A stretch of DNA of 61,186 nt, the filler included, from Jimgerdemannia flammicorona (lineage: Eukaryota), in assembly GCA_003990765.1 (NCBI GenBank). It is 3 parts of 3 records of this genome, joined end to end, with 100 filler letters (N's around TTAATTAATTAA, not from the genome) between each part and the next. Parts side by side here need not be neighbours in the genome. Positions count along the whole stretch, not along the records: positions 1 to 20,331 come from RBNJ01001708.1; 2 more parts are not named here. One strand, written 5' to 3'. Every line of letters begins with the position of its first letter. Position 1 is the first letter of the stretch. The position numbers were made by a program, and so were the translations under genes. Shown piece after piece: positions 1 through 11,110 of this stretch. The notes under the pieces were generated by a model. It made no database searches. It saw nothing but the letters and a program-made list of their open reading frames with translations, and was not told where the DNA came from.

Positions 1-13
1 AAAAAAAAAAAAA

Positions 14-901
14 CTAAGTACTATATCCATATCTAGTCTAGTCTAGATTAGTGCTCCCAAACAAGTTGAATCAATTCGAATCGAATCGAATTGAGGGTCT
101 GATTCGAACCCTAATTTTCAAAATGCAATAACTCAGCGTAAACTCATCCAAATCTAATATACTTTAGCTTGTTGGAATCACATTAATATGGTGAATCTAA
201 CAAGCTAAAATATGTTAAATTTGGATGAGTTTTCGTCGAGTTATCACATTTTGAAAATTAAGGTTCAAATCAAACTTTGAATCGAATTGGACCTTTGATT
301 CGATTCGAATCAAATCGAATTGGACCCTTGATTTGATTGAATCAAATCGAGTTTGGGCCAAATTCGATTCGATTCGATTCATTGAGAGCACTAGTCTAGA
401 TAGTCTCTCACTAGTATAAATACTTCCTCTTCCAGACCTCAGAATCTCAGACTCAAATATATAAGAATATTTCTGAACACTTTTCCACAATATCTCTTCA
501 CACAACTACTCCTAGTATAGTAATATCATGAATAGTGAATAAACCTATTTAATAACCCACAAACTACTCTTAAGTAAACCTGTTTCTCATTAGGTCCTAC
601 TCCTAACTCTATTATAAAATTTTCTAATTGGGTATTATCTATAGCAATATATCAATTTAACTAAGCTGGTCTTAGTTTCTTAAACTTTCTGAAATATGGA
701 AAATCCTGAACATTCAGAACTAGTCTAGATAAGGACTTTGGTTGAGACATTAACCTGATCTTGAAATCAATAAGTATAGAGGATATACTCTATATGAAAT
801 TAATCTTAACCTTAAGAAAACAGTCTTTCAGAATATCCAGAACTTCCAGAAAACTCTTCCAGAACTATGTAATAATTATCTTAATAAATAACTCTCTTAC
901 A
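14..901 (+). repeat. Partial family A LTR (3' part, ends ...CTCTTACA), interrupted by a MITE
   Basis: Aligns by eye to 20626-21343 and 33570-34298; canonical CA end at 900-901. Confidence 0.9.
49..393. mobile_element. hAT MITE (345 bp)
   Basis: TIR TAGTGCTC...GAGCACTA; 8-bp TSD GTCTAGAT at 41-48 and 394-401; subterminal TTCGA/GAATC repeats. Confidence 0.92.
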
Positions 902-2170
902 TGAATAGAATATGAATAAACTACTTCAAAACAATTTTTATAGATATTATCTAAATCTATTATAATGATAGTAGAGAAGTGAGTTCTAAAAGAATAAAAA
1001 TAGATAAAAAATATATATATTGATATAGTTTTTACTTTTATTTTCAACTTATAACAATCTTATTACTTTTATACCTGAATTCTGCAATACTGTATTTTTT
1101 TAAGATTCTGTCTGCATTACTAAGTCATACTCAATAATACCTCTAATATTAATTTGTTGAATGTGTAGATAGAGAATAAAATAGATAAGTTTGGTTATAT
1201 AAAAGCATATATCTCCAAGGTCTACCATTCATATTAGTGATCTTTTTATTAATTATAACTATAAGGGATAGATGGGAGGTATAGCAAACTACTTGTAAAT
1301 ACTAGTAACTAATAACTACTTGACATAGTATACACTTGATTGCTCAAAGTGACAAAATACCCAGTTGCTGAGCAGACTACTTCCTCTGAATGAATTGGGT
1401 ATGGTCTAAGGCTATTACAATTCAAACCAATTTGAACTGACTCATTCAGAGCACTATTTAAGACTAGTTAAGTAATTTTAACAAATTGATAGTCAATATG
1501 GTCATGATTTCTTAAGTAGTCAAAATTTTGAAGATAGAGAGTCTATATGAGCTTGAATAGACAAGCTCATTTTTCTAGAAGGTTGATGTTGCCCTCAGTA
1601 TGGTGAATGCCTTGATTGCTCATAAGTGAATAGTATGAGCTTCCTTAAAAAAAAAAAAAAGATTATCATACTGGTAAGTAATGCCTTAGACAAGTAGATT
1701 GGGAGATTATGATATATATGATTGAATCAAAAGGCTCTGTTGACTACAACCCAATTACAATTACAAGTAGAATAGGTCTGATTCTTTAATTACTAGACCA
1801 GAGATCATTGCTGAAAGTAGTGCTCCAAATGAGTCAATCCGGATGGGATTCGAATTCCATCTGGATGGATTCGAATCAACAATTGTTTTGATTTCCAAAT
1901 TAGACAATTAAATGTTTACATCAATAACTCGATGAATAATCATCCAAATTTGATGATCTTGATGTCATTTGAAAGCTCTTAATATGGGCTTTCTAATGAT
2001 ACCAAGAAAATTAAAATCCGATTACACGTTGCCGATATATTAAGGAAACCATTCCATTTGACGAAATTTCCAAAATCAGCAAATCGAATAATTTCCAAAA
2101 TCGGTGATTCAGACGTTTTCCTTCATAACTCAGCAACACATGATCTGATTTCAATGTTCTTGGTATCATT

Positions 2171-2507
2171 AGAGGAGGAAGAAGGCCCAGCAGGAGCCAA
2201 GGGAGTGAACCCAGAGCCAGTATCAAAGTGAATGGAAGACATATGGAAAGGCATATATAAGGGAGACAAACAAAGAACATAACCGAAATTGCATCAGCCA
2301 TTTATTGCCATGTAAAAATGCAGTCCTTATATACAAAATATGACGTCCCAAACGGGAGAACATGCCACAACTCAGGACGAACCGAATTAGGAACCACATG
2401 ACCGCCGGAGATAGGCAGAGATAAAGGGGGAGCCAATCCCAGTTGCAGGATAAAAATCACAAATAAACACAAACAAAACAAATTCAAATCGAGATTAAAA
2501 AACATCC
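2171..2507 (-). repeat. Inverted arm of the PLE pseudo-LTR
   Basis: Reverse complement of 2659-2993 and 6315-6649; differences are almost all transitions. Confidence 0.95.
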
Positions 2508-2996
2508 TTGCCCCCTCCAGGGTCTCGCACTCGCTCCGGGGTCTCAGCCTTACTCTGCTCCCCTCTGCTGCCTTCGGCCCCTTGCTTCGCTCGGGCTCGC
2601 TGCGGCTCACTCTGTTTTGGCCTCACCCCTCGCTCGTGCTCACCCCTCTGGGGTCTGCGGATGTTTTTTAATCTTGATTTGGATTTGTTTTATTTGTGTT
2701 TGTTTGTGATTTTTATCCTGCAACTGGGATTGGCTCCTCCTTTATCTCCGCCTATCTCCGGTGGTTATGTGGTTCCTAATTCAGTTCGTCCTGAGTTGTG
2801 GTGCATTCTCCCATTTGGGACGTCATATTTTGTATATAAGGACCGCGTTTTTACGTGGCAATAAATGGCTGATGCAATCGGTTACATTCTTTGTTTGTTC
2901 CCCTTATACATGCCTTTCTACATGTCTTCCATTCGCTTTGACACTGGCTCTGGGTTCGCTCCCTTGGCTCCCACTGGGCCTTCTTCCTCCTCTGCT
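2493..2996 (+). repeat. PLE 5' pseudo-LTR (direct repeat)
   Basis: Same length as and collinear with 6149-6652; TATA-like TATATAA ~2833 and AATAAA ~2859. Confidence 0.93.
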
Positions 2997-4139
2997 GTAC
3001 CACCTGCCCTCGGGGCCTCCATCCTCATCGACGAGCTCATGGATGAGGTACTTCCTCCTCCTCTTCCCCCTGCCTTCACCTCCGCCACTATCTCCTTCGA
3101 GACCTACATCTCTTCTGCCATTCTTTCCCTCCCCCTGGACCTTTGTCCTTCCGGTCATCTACTCCTCTCTCAGTTCCGGTCGGTTCTTGCCCTCTCTGCC
3201 AAGGAGGCTCATCTCCGCTGTGACATTGATGTCATCACTCTGCCCGCTGTCCGCTACTCTGTTCTCCCTGAGGCATGCCGCCAAGCCCTCTCCGAAGAGA
3301 TTCATGCCACCACTGCCGCCGCCAAGCTCGCTGCCGCTGATGCCGCTGCTGCTTCCACTGCCACTGCTTCCACCTCCTTCCAACATGCCTGTGCTGCTTT
3401 CGTGGCCTTCGCCTCCTCTTGCCTTTCGGATGCTGCCCCCTTCTGCAGCTTCACCATCCAAGATGTTCCTTCTGTCGCTACCAACATCAACGCTGTACGT
3501 CGTTTCCTCCTCGCCGGCACCTCTTTTGTTGCTCGCCTTCACAAGCAGGAGTCATCACATGCTGCCACCACTGCTTGCGCCACCGCCACTACTCCTCTGC
3601 CTACCTCCCCTGAGGTTTCGGTCTCTGAGGCCATCTGCGCTGAAGCTCGTGCCGCTGCTCGTGCTGAGGTTCATTCCTTCACCACTGCCACTGCCAAGGC
3701 CCCCTCCAAGACCTCCACCAAGACCCCTGCCAAGCCCAACCAGGTTTTGTCAGCCTCTTCCCAGTCCCCCTCCCCTGCCAAGGCTTCCTCCTCCGTTTCC
3801 CCTGCCCCCAAGTGTGGCCGCCAACTTGGTTCTCGCCCTGTCAGGGCCTGGCCTTGCGCTGTCTGCTCCAGTCACCTCCACCGTGCCTACTGGTACCTGG
3901 CTAAGTCCGTCTGTCCTCATGGTGGTGTTTCTCGCACTGCTGCCCCTTCGGCTGCTCGCTCGCCTTCGGCCTCCTCTGCCAGTTTCTCCTCCACCTCCTC
4001 CACCCATGCTCCTGAATGTAAGGGCTGCACAAAAGCCTGTGGCCACAAGGTCTGGTACTCTGATGGGGTGTGCTCCCATTCGTCGGGCTTGCCACCTTCA
4101 AAAAAAGTCAGAGGGAAGGGGAAGGCCTCCTGCTCTTAA
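2922..4139 (+). CDS. PLE ORF1: Ala-rich helical region, Pro/Ser/Lys linker, two C-terminal Cys/His motifs
   Basis: Open frame 2865-4139; the ATGs at 2865 and 2910 read ACG/ACA in the 3' repeat (likely CpG-decay products), while ATG 2922 is in all three copies. Confidence 0.75.
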   Translation: MSSIRFDTGSGFAPLAPTGPSSSSAVPPALGASILIDELMDEVLPPPLPPAFTSATISFETYISSAILSLPLDLCPSGHLLLSQFRSVLALSAKEAHLRCDIDVITLPAVRYSVLPEACRQALSEEIHATTAAAKLAAADAAAASTATASTSFQHACAAFVAFASSCLSDAAPFCSFTIQDVPSVATNINAVRRFLLAGTSFVARLHKQESSHAATTACATATTPLPTSPEVSVSEAICAEARAAARAEVHSFTTATAKAPSKTSTKTPAKPNQVLSASSQSPSPAKASSSVSPAPKCGRQLGSRPVRAWPCAVCSSHLHRAYWYLAKSVCPHGGVSRTAAPSAARSPSASSASFSSTSSTHAPECKGCTKACGHKVWYSDGVCSHSSGLPPSKKVRGKGKASCS

Positions 4140-6154
4140 ACTTCCCCCCAGCGTGGTTCTCCCCCGGTGTCCCCATCCCTTCTCGGATTCCATCATCGCT
4201 TCTGGTGCACCCTGAGTGGTTCCTCATGTTGTCCCCCCTTCGCCTCTCCCAGTTGCTTGTCCCGAACTTTTGGGTTTATTCTTCTCTTGGAACTCTTTTG
4301 TCTCCTCTTTTTTCTTCGGCTGACTGCCCCCTTTCTCCCCTTTAAGTCTTTGCCTTATCCTTGGGTCCTCGCTTTGTTTTTCCTGCAACTCCCTCACAAT
4401 TCTCCTTCACTGATCTGGCTCATCTAACATGTTTTCGTCATGCTCTTGACCTTGCCATCTTCTTTTAAGATTGTGGTGAGATGCCCTCTTGTTACTTTGT
4501 TCCTAGCAATTGGGTCCCCCCTCCCAATGTCTCTTCACACTGCATATTCCTTGACATGGCTTGCTCACTGTCCATTCCCGGACGAGCTCGCTCTTGCTTG
4601 GTTTCGGACTGTGCCGTGCATACCATGCTTAAATCGGTCAAGTAATTGCCTATGCATCTGCTTACAGTCACTGATAAGAATCAGAGTTTTGCACTTATTC
4701 CTAAGTTACTCTACCTTGATGGCCTTTCTGCCCTCCTTCGAGCCATGGCTTACAAGCCCAGTGCTCTTAGATTGGATGAGATTCTCACTCTTCTTTGGGT
4801 TTCTCTGGCTCACACTAGATCGCTTTCGGATTCCCTATTCGAGAACCCCATTTTTAACTTCTTCCAGGACTCTTTGTCCTCTCCGGATATTTCTCTTCTG
4901 GTTTTCTATGCTCTTCCTAAAGTTCACAAGCCTGTTTTGGCTTGGTGTCCTATTACGGCTGCTTACAGTTCTCCAACCACCGAGATTTCGAAGTGGTTAT
5001 CCCGCTTCTTTCTCTCTTGGATGGCTCTCTTACAACACCATCTTGGGCCTGAGTATACTATTCTTCATGATACTCAGGAGCTCACCCTTTTCTGCTCCAC
5101 CATTGTATCTGTTCACCGTTTTTCCCATTTGGCCTCTGGTGACTTCTCTTCCTTCTATACTGCTATTTGTTTTGATGAGATCGATGATTGCCTTTGCTTC
5201 TTGGGTTCCTTGGTTTTTCCTTTAGATTCCCCAGTTTTGCTGGCTTCCATTGTTGAGCTTATGCTCCTCGTCTGCAGCTCGAATTATTTTGAGTCGGCCC
5301 TTGGCTCCTTTCACCAGACTTCTGGTATTGCCATGGGTATGAATTGTGCCCCCACCCTTGCCAACCTCGTTGGCCTGGCCCACAAATTGCATACATTATG
5401 TGATATTACTTCACCTCTTTCCATTGCATTCCAGGCTGGAGATATCTTCTTTCGCTGATACATTGATGACTTTATTGTCTTTGCTGTTACTGGTGTTGAT
5501 ATCCCTAGTGTATTCCTGGATGTCTACCCTCCCCACCATTCTATTACCTGGGTGTGCGGTATAACTAGTATTCCCTTTTTGGATCTTTCTATTTCTCTTT
5601 CTCCTTTCCGAACTGTTGTTTATTCTCATTTTCCCTGTTCCCAACAGTTTCCTGACTTCTTGTCCAATCATCCTCATCACACTCTTCTTGAATGCATTCG
5701 GGGTGAGGCTCGTCGTCTTGCATTATGCTGCTCCCATCATTCTGATTGGGTGTCTGCTGTTCAGGTTCTTGGCAACTTCATGGTCCATTATCGTACCTAC
5801 CCTATTTCTATCATTCGTAATCTGCTTACCTCTGTTGAATGGTCTGTTGTTCGCTCTACCCTACTCTCTTCTCTTTATTCCCCCTCCCTTCCCTCTTTCC
5901 CCCCTTACCCTCTCCGTACCCCCTCTTCTTTCCCACCCCTGATTCTTGTCATACTATTTGATTGTGCTCGCTGGGTTGCTCAATGCCCTGATACTGTCCT
6001 GCGCTCTTCTCTTTCATGCCATGGACTTTCATCTCTTTCCCGATGCCCTCTGATTGCTTGTTCGCATCTTCCTTCCATTTCATCTTCAATCCATCGCTCT
6101 CGTTTTGCATTTTCATCACCTTCTGGTGCCTCCGGCTCTGCCGAAGAGGATTAA
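4100..6154 (+). pseudogene. PLE ORF2 reverse transcriptase: one frame, four premature stops, no endonuclease
   Basis: LSLGPRF, DKN, YALPKVHKP..PI...SPT, QTSGIAMG..AP.LANL, FFR*YIDD, IPFLDL, SNHP...R....CS; all stops explained by CAA/CGA->TAA/TGA. Confidence 0.9.
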
Positions 6155-6652
6155 AAAACATACTTGCCCCCTCTGGGGTCTTGCGCTCACTCCGGGGTCT
6201 CGGCCTTACTCCACTCCCCTCTGCTGCCTTCGGCCTCTTGCTTCGCTCAGGCTCGCTGTGGCTCACTCCATTTCAGCCTCACCCCTCGCTTGCGCTCACC
6301 CCTCCGGAGTCTGCGGATGTTTTTTAATCTCGATTTGGATTTGTTTTATTTGTGTTTGTTTGTGATTTTTATCCTGCAACTGGGATTGGTTCTCTCTTTA
6401 TCTCTGCCTATCTCCGGTGGTCATGTGGTTCCTAATTCGGTTCACCCTGAGTTGTGGTACATCCTCCCGTTTGGGACGTCGTATTTTGTATATAAGGACC
6501 ACATTTTTACATGGCAATAAACGGCTGATGCAATCAGTTACATTCTTTGTTCATCCCCCTTATACACACCTTTCCACATGTCTTCTGTTCACTTTGACAC
6601 TGGCTCTGAGTTTGCTCCCTTGGCTCCCGCTGGGCCTTCTTCCTCCTCTGCT
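6149..6652 (+). repeat. PLE 3' pseudo-LTR (direct repeat)
   Basis: Copy of 2493-2996; contains the ORF2 stop (6152-6154). Confidence 0.93.
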
Positions 6653-7117
6653 TTTAAATGACACCAAGATCTTCAAATTTGGATGATTATTAATCGAGTT
6701 ATTGATGTAAACATTTAATTGTCTAATTTGGAAATCAATACAATTGTTGATGGAATCCCATCCAGATTAAATTGACTCGTTAGGAGTACTAGCTGAAAGA
6801 TATCACTGGAAGGACTTGAGGTCTTGGCTAGTGGGGGGGGTGGGTGATAGTTGGCTCACTATTGGGTGGGTGTTAGCAGTTTGGGTGGGATTGGTGGGAC
6901 ATTGGCTATTTGTGTTTGAGGAGGGGCAGTAGGTGAGCCTGTAGGAGAAGGTTTTAAGGTGGGAGGAGCTGTTGGGAGATCTGATGACTGGATGGTAGAT
7001 AGGTTGGAGTCCTTCAGGGGGACGATGGTGAGGTTTGGTGATGAGGATATGTGAACAGAGTGATGGGAGAGTGGGAATTATACTCAATAGAGTAGTGTTT
7101 CATCGAGAAGGAGTAGG

Positions 7118-9179
7118 TGTAAGAGAGTTACTTTTTAGGGTAACTGTTACATAATTCTGGAAAGGTTTTCTAGATATTCTGAATGTTCTGGAAGACTGTT
7201 TTCTTATGGTCAAGATCAATTTCATATGGAGTATGTCCTCTACTTATTGATTTCAAGATTGGGTTGATGTCTCAACCAAAGTTCTTTTTTGGACTAGTTC
7301 TGGATGTTCAGGATTTTCTGTATTTCAGGAAGTTCAAAAAACTAAGACCAGCTTAGTTGAATTGGTATATCACTGCAGACAATACCCAATTAGGAAATTT
7401 CATAAAGGGGTTAGGAGTGGGACCTAACAGGGAGCAGATTTACTTAAGAGTGGTTTGTGGGTTATAGAATAGGTTTATTTGCTATTCATGATATTGCTAT
7501 ACTAGGAATATTTATGTGAAGGGATATTGTGGGGAAGTATTCAGGAATGTTCTTGTATGTTCGAGTCTGAGATTCTGAGGTCTGGGGGAGGGGGTATTTA
7601 TACTAGTGAGGGGCTATCTGGACTATACTAGATATGGATGTAGTACTAAGTGCCTTGCTGAGTTGGAATGTAGTCACGTAGTATAAGTGTGATCTGACAT
7701 ATCAAGAGATCGTCTGACTGCTGAGTCAGTTCACAGTTATGTCATATAAGACTAATCTAACTATACTATGGCTGCTAGGCTATTTATGGGTTTAGGCACT
7801 ATCTGGGTAGTCCTTGATGACATCACTATCGATTGCATCATCTCTGATGAAGTAGTCATCTAGGAAGAGTAGTTCGTAGATTACTTCTCCTTGTTCGCTG
7901 AGGTAATAATATATTGGAACTTTGTCACCATCCCACAGGATAGCATCATCTATCTTGTAGGCTGGATAAGGTATTGGTGGATGAAGGATGGGTGTATTGT
8001 CTTCACTTTCATTGGATTCACTGTTTGCATACCTTCTATAGGTTACAGCACTATGGGTTGCAGGATTGTAGTAAGCTGGCAGCTGTGGTTCATGTCGCTC
8101 GTACTCAGGTAGTGGAGTGGTTGGTTCGATCTCGAGAGTTGTCTGGAGATACAGGTTGTGTTCTCCAGTCTCTTCATTGTAGTTGAAGTAATCGGGAGTG
8201 AATGTAGGTTAGTATTCGTACCAGTGGTCATTGTCCCAATAAGTCTCATATGTAGTTATGAACTGTTGTAAGTTCATCAGCAAGGTTGGCGGTGTGATCA
8301 GGGTTGGCAGAGATTCTTGGCTAGAGGTCATGTCAGCATCAGAGGGATCATTGTCTTCTGCTTCGTCTTCATCGAAGTGGATTATATCATAGATATCCTT
8401 CATGGCATATCCAACTTGGGGCATTTGCAGGATGTGATCATTGGGGGTGGGGGAAGGTTTGGTCTGTGGTTTCGACATACTCAAGGTACTTGTGGTTGAG
8501 TTCTTGTATCATATCATCGATTTGGCCATAGGACAGGGTAGCAACCATTTCACTGGTAGTAACTCGGAGGCGGGGAATAATGGTACTGTATTCATAGAAG
8601 AGTTCTTGATATTTGCGAGCAATGAGCTTCTGGTGTTGAGACATCTGGGTAATGTCTGTATCATGGTAGTGTTTGACCATGTCTTCCAGGAGGCAGCTGA
8701 TCTGGTAGTAGCTTGAGATTTGTCCGATTCGGTGGGCCTTGCTAAGTATGTTCAGGGCATTCCATTGGGCTTCCATGAAGTAGAGGGGTGCCAGGCTATA
8801 GATATTCATGAGGGGTAGAGGGGGTGTGGCTCGGTTGACAATGGTATTCCAAATGTTAGCGTGGATACAGTTGTAGATCTTGGTGGTCATGTTTGTATGT
8901 TTGGAAGTTGTGGTTGTTTGTTTGTTTTGGTTCTCTGATTCGACATATCTCAGTGCTCGGTATATATGCATTTGGTCCTGATTGGTAAGATTCTGTTTGT
9001 GTAAATCTTGTGTTCTGTGACTTTGTATTGACTCAGCTTTGTATGCTATGACTTTGGTTTGACTCAGCTTCATGATCAAGCAGGTGATTTTTAGATTTGT
9101 TTGGAGGTCGTGTGTGATTTCAGTGGCTTGTTCAGAGGGTGACATATAATTTCAGTGGCTTAGAGGTTGTGCGCTTACA
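7118..9179 (-). repeat. A1 3' LTR (~2.06 kb)
   Basis: Collinear with 13756-15848; PPT abuts its TG start. Confidence 0.92.
7792..9145 (-). pseudogene. ~450-codon ORF of unknown function inside the family A LTR
   Basis: 235-aa ORF 8438-9145 continues via 8209-8484 (extra C absent from the 5' LTR copy) and past one TAA to a stop at 7792. Confidence 0.6.
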
Positions 9180-9329
9180 ACTCTCCTCTTCTTAGCTTTC
9201 GACGTCCTCGTCAGGGCCTTCTAATTATTCTGCTGAGTTCTTGGTCTGGTTTGCAATAATTATAATATTCGGGAGGATAATATATAGTATATATAGATAG
9301 GTGTGGAATATTTGGTTCTAGTTGTTCAA

Positions 9330-9670
9330 GGAATCATATTCCTGAACTAGATCGGTAGCATTCTGGAGATTGGTCTTAGGTTCCCAGGTTGCATCATGGA
9401 TCAGGTAATCTTTCCATTTGATAAGGTACTCGGGATGGTTCTTGTTGCCATGTTTGTTGAGGATTTGTTCAACTTCATACTCTTCTTGGTCATTAATAAT
9501 GACAGGTACAGGTGGTTTGGTGGTCCAGTTTGGAAATAGCTCATCATCATTCTCATTGTATTACTTGAGATATTGAACATTAAAGACTGGGTGAATCTTA
9601 ATGGTGTCTGGTAGTGCCAATTTGTAGGAGGTAGAAGAGACTTGTGCGATGACTTCAAATGGTCCAATGA
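9330..9670 (-). pseudogene. A1 integrase C-terminus (GPF motif) and chromodomain
   Basis: KFIGPFEV...YKLALP..IHPVFNV; EYEVEQIL...YLIKW.....DATWEP..NL. Confidence 0.88.
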
Positions 9671-11110
9671 ACTTGCTGTTCTTGGTCATTTGGGTGAGGG
9701 CAGTAGCGATTTTAGCAAAGTTGGCAACAAATCGTCTGTAATAGTTTGCTAATCCCAGGAATGACTGGAGGTCTTTCAGCTTCTTGGGTCTGGGCCAATC
9801 TTTGATTACAGAGATTTTGCTGGGGTCCACTTTGATTCCATTTGGAGTGACAATGTGTCTAAGGAATTGAATTTCTTTCAGGAGAAATTCACACTTGCTG
9901 AGTTTTGCAAAGAGTCAGTTTTCTCAGAGTTTCAGTAGTACTAGTTTAAGGTATTCAAGATGTTCCTCCAGGGTTTTGCTGAAGACTAGGATGTCGTCAA
10001 TATAGACAATAATGAATTTGTCCAGGTATGGATGCAGAATGGTATTCATCAGTGTCTGGAAGGTTGCTGGAGCATTAGTTAAGCCAAAGGGCATAATCAG
10101 GAACTCGAAGTGTCCATAGCGAGTTCGGAAAGCTGTCTTGTAGATATCTTCTTCTTTCATGGCAATTTTCCAGTAACCATTTCACAGGTCAAAAGAGCTC
10201 ATGAATTGCAGGTTGGTAAGTCTATCGAATATTTCATCAATCCTTGGTAGTGGGTAACAGTTCTTGATGGTCTGTTCATTGAGATCACGGTAGTCAATGC
10301 ACATTCGCAGGTCTCCTCCTTTTTTGACAACAAAGAGGACTAGTACACCATAGGGTGATACACTGGGTCTGATGAATCCTTGTTCTAGGAGTTCATCGAT
10401 TTCCTTCTTAAGTGCATCAATTTCTCTCAGAGATATGTGGTAGATTGACTTGAAGACTGGTTTGGCATTTGGGATAGTCTTGATTGCATAGTCTACTGCT
10501 CATTTGGGAGGTAGGCTTTTCAGGAGCTTCTTTGGAAATATGTCTCGGAATTTCTGAAGTAGTGGTCTGACATGGCTATCAACCTTGGAAAAATCTTCTT
10601 CAGAGTTCTCGAGTTCTCCTTTGGATGGTCGGATGGAGATGGTGAAGAGAGAGTATTTCTTGGCCAATTTCTTGAGTTGTAGCTTGTTGATGTGGGTAAT
10701 CTTTGGTCCAGGGTCACTAGAGTTGAGTGAGTCCTTTTCACCTTGTAGTTTGAAGTTGTGGTGTCCTTTCTTGATGGTCAGAGAATGGTTTACCCAATCA
10801 ATCATAGGGTTCTCTTGTTTTAACCATGGGGTTCCAAGGATGATTTCATTGTCAGGAAGTGGTATGATTTGGAGGGTAACATATACTCGGTAGTCGCCAA
10901 TTCGGAAGGGTAGATTGCGGACTTCTTTGCTAATAACATGCGAGGTTCCATCAGCTGTAGCAACTGCTTGAGTTTGCTATACTGGAGAGGTAAAGACCTT
11001 GAGTCTGTTGGCTGTCTCTTCATTGATGAAGTTGCCTGAGGTGCTACTGTCTATCATAATCTTGACAGGTGCTCCGTTGACAAAAGCCTTAAGGGTGAGC
11101 AGTTTGTCTG
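9670..11110 (-). pseudogene. A1 aspartic protease and reverse transcriptase
   Basis: MIDSSTSGNFI (decayed DSGA); [46 protein letters not shown]. Confidence 0.92.

Larger units (their letters stand above)
2171..6652 (+). mobile_element. Endonuclease-less Penelope-like retroelement (Coprina/Athena-type), ORF1 + RT
   Basis: PLE RT motifs; 504-bp direct repeats 2493-2996 and 6149-6652; inverted arm 2171-2507; no TSD; no GIY-YIG seen. Confidence 0.85.
1818..6791. mobile_element. Palindromic hAT MITE (~0.5 kb of own sequence) hosting the PLE
   Basis: TIR TAGTGCTCC/GGAGTACTA; TSD GCTGAAAG at 1810-1817 and 6792-6799; arm ~1875-1976 is the reverse complement of ~6650-6750. Confidence 0.92.

Noticed and set aside
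1378..1456. Lone hAT-like right end (...CTCATTCAGAGCACTA)
   Set aside because: Left TIR degenerate and no matching 8-bp TSD; boundaries cannot be set.
902..1809. Decayed sequence continuing at 6800-7117 (host of the MITE)
   Set aside because: No motif I can recognise; left unassigned.
2302..2864. Repeated ~100-120 aa ORFs (MFFNLDL...TWQ) at 2302-2610, 2508-2864, 6164-6520
   Set aside because: They recur only because they lie in the terminal repeat; no independent coding evidence.
2493..2996. Hammerhead ribozyme expected in the PLE repeat
   Set aside because: No CTGANGA...GAAA core with stems found by eye on either strand; only CTGATGC without a GAAA partner.
2761..4215. 484-aa Pro/Leu-rich ORF overlapping ORF1 (also 4440-5225)
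   Set aside because: Shadow frames of C/T-rich sequence with few stops; no motifs.
2171..6652. DIRS/tyrosine-recombinase element, suggested by inverted termini and no TSD
   Set aside because: RT motifs are Penelope-type; no RNase H or tyrosine recombinase seen.
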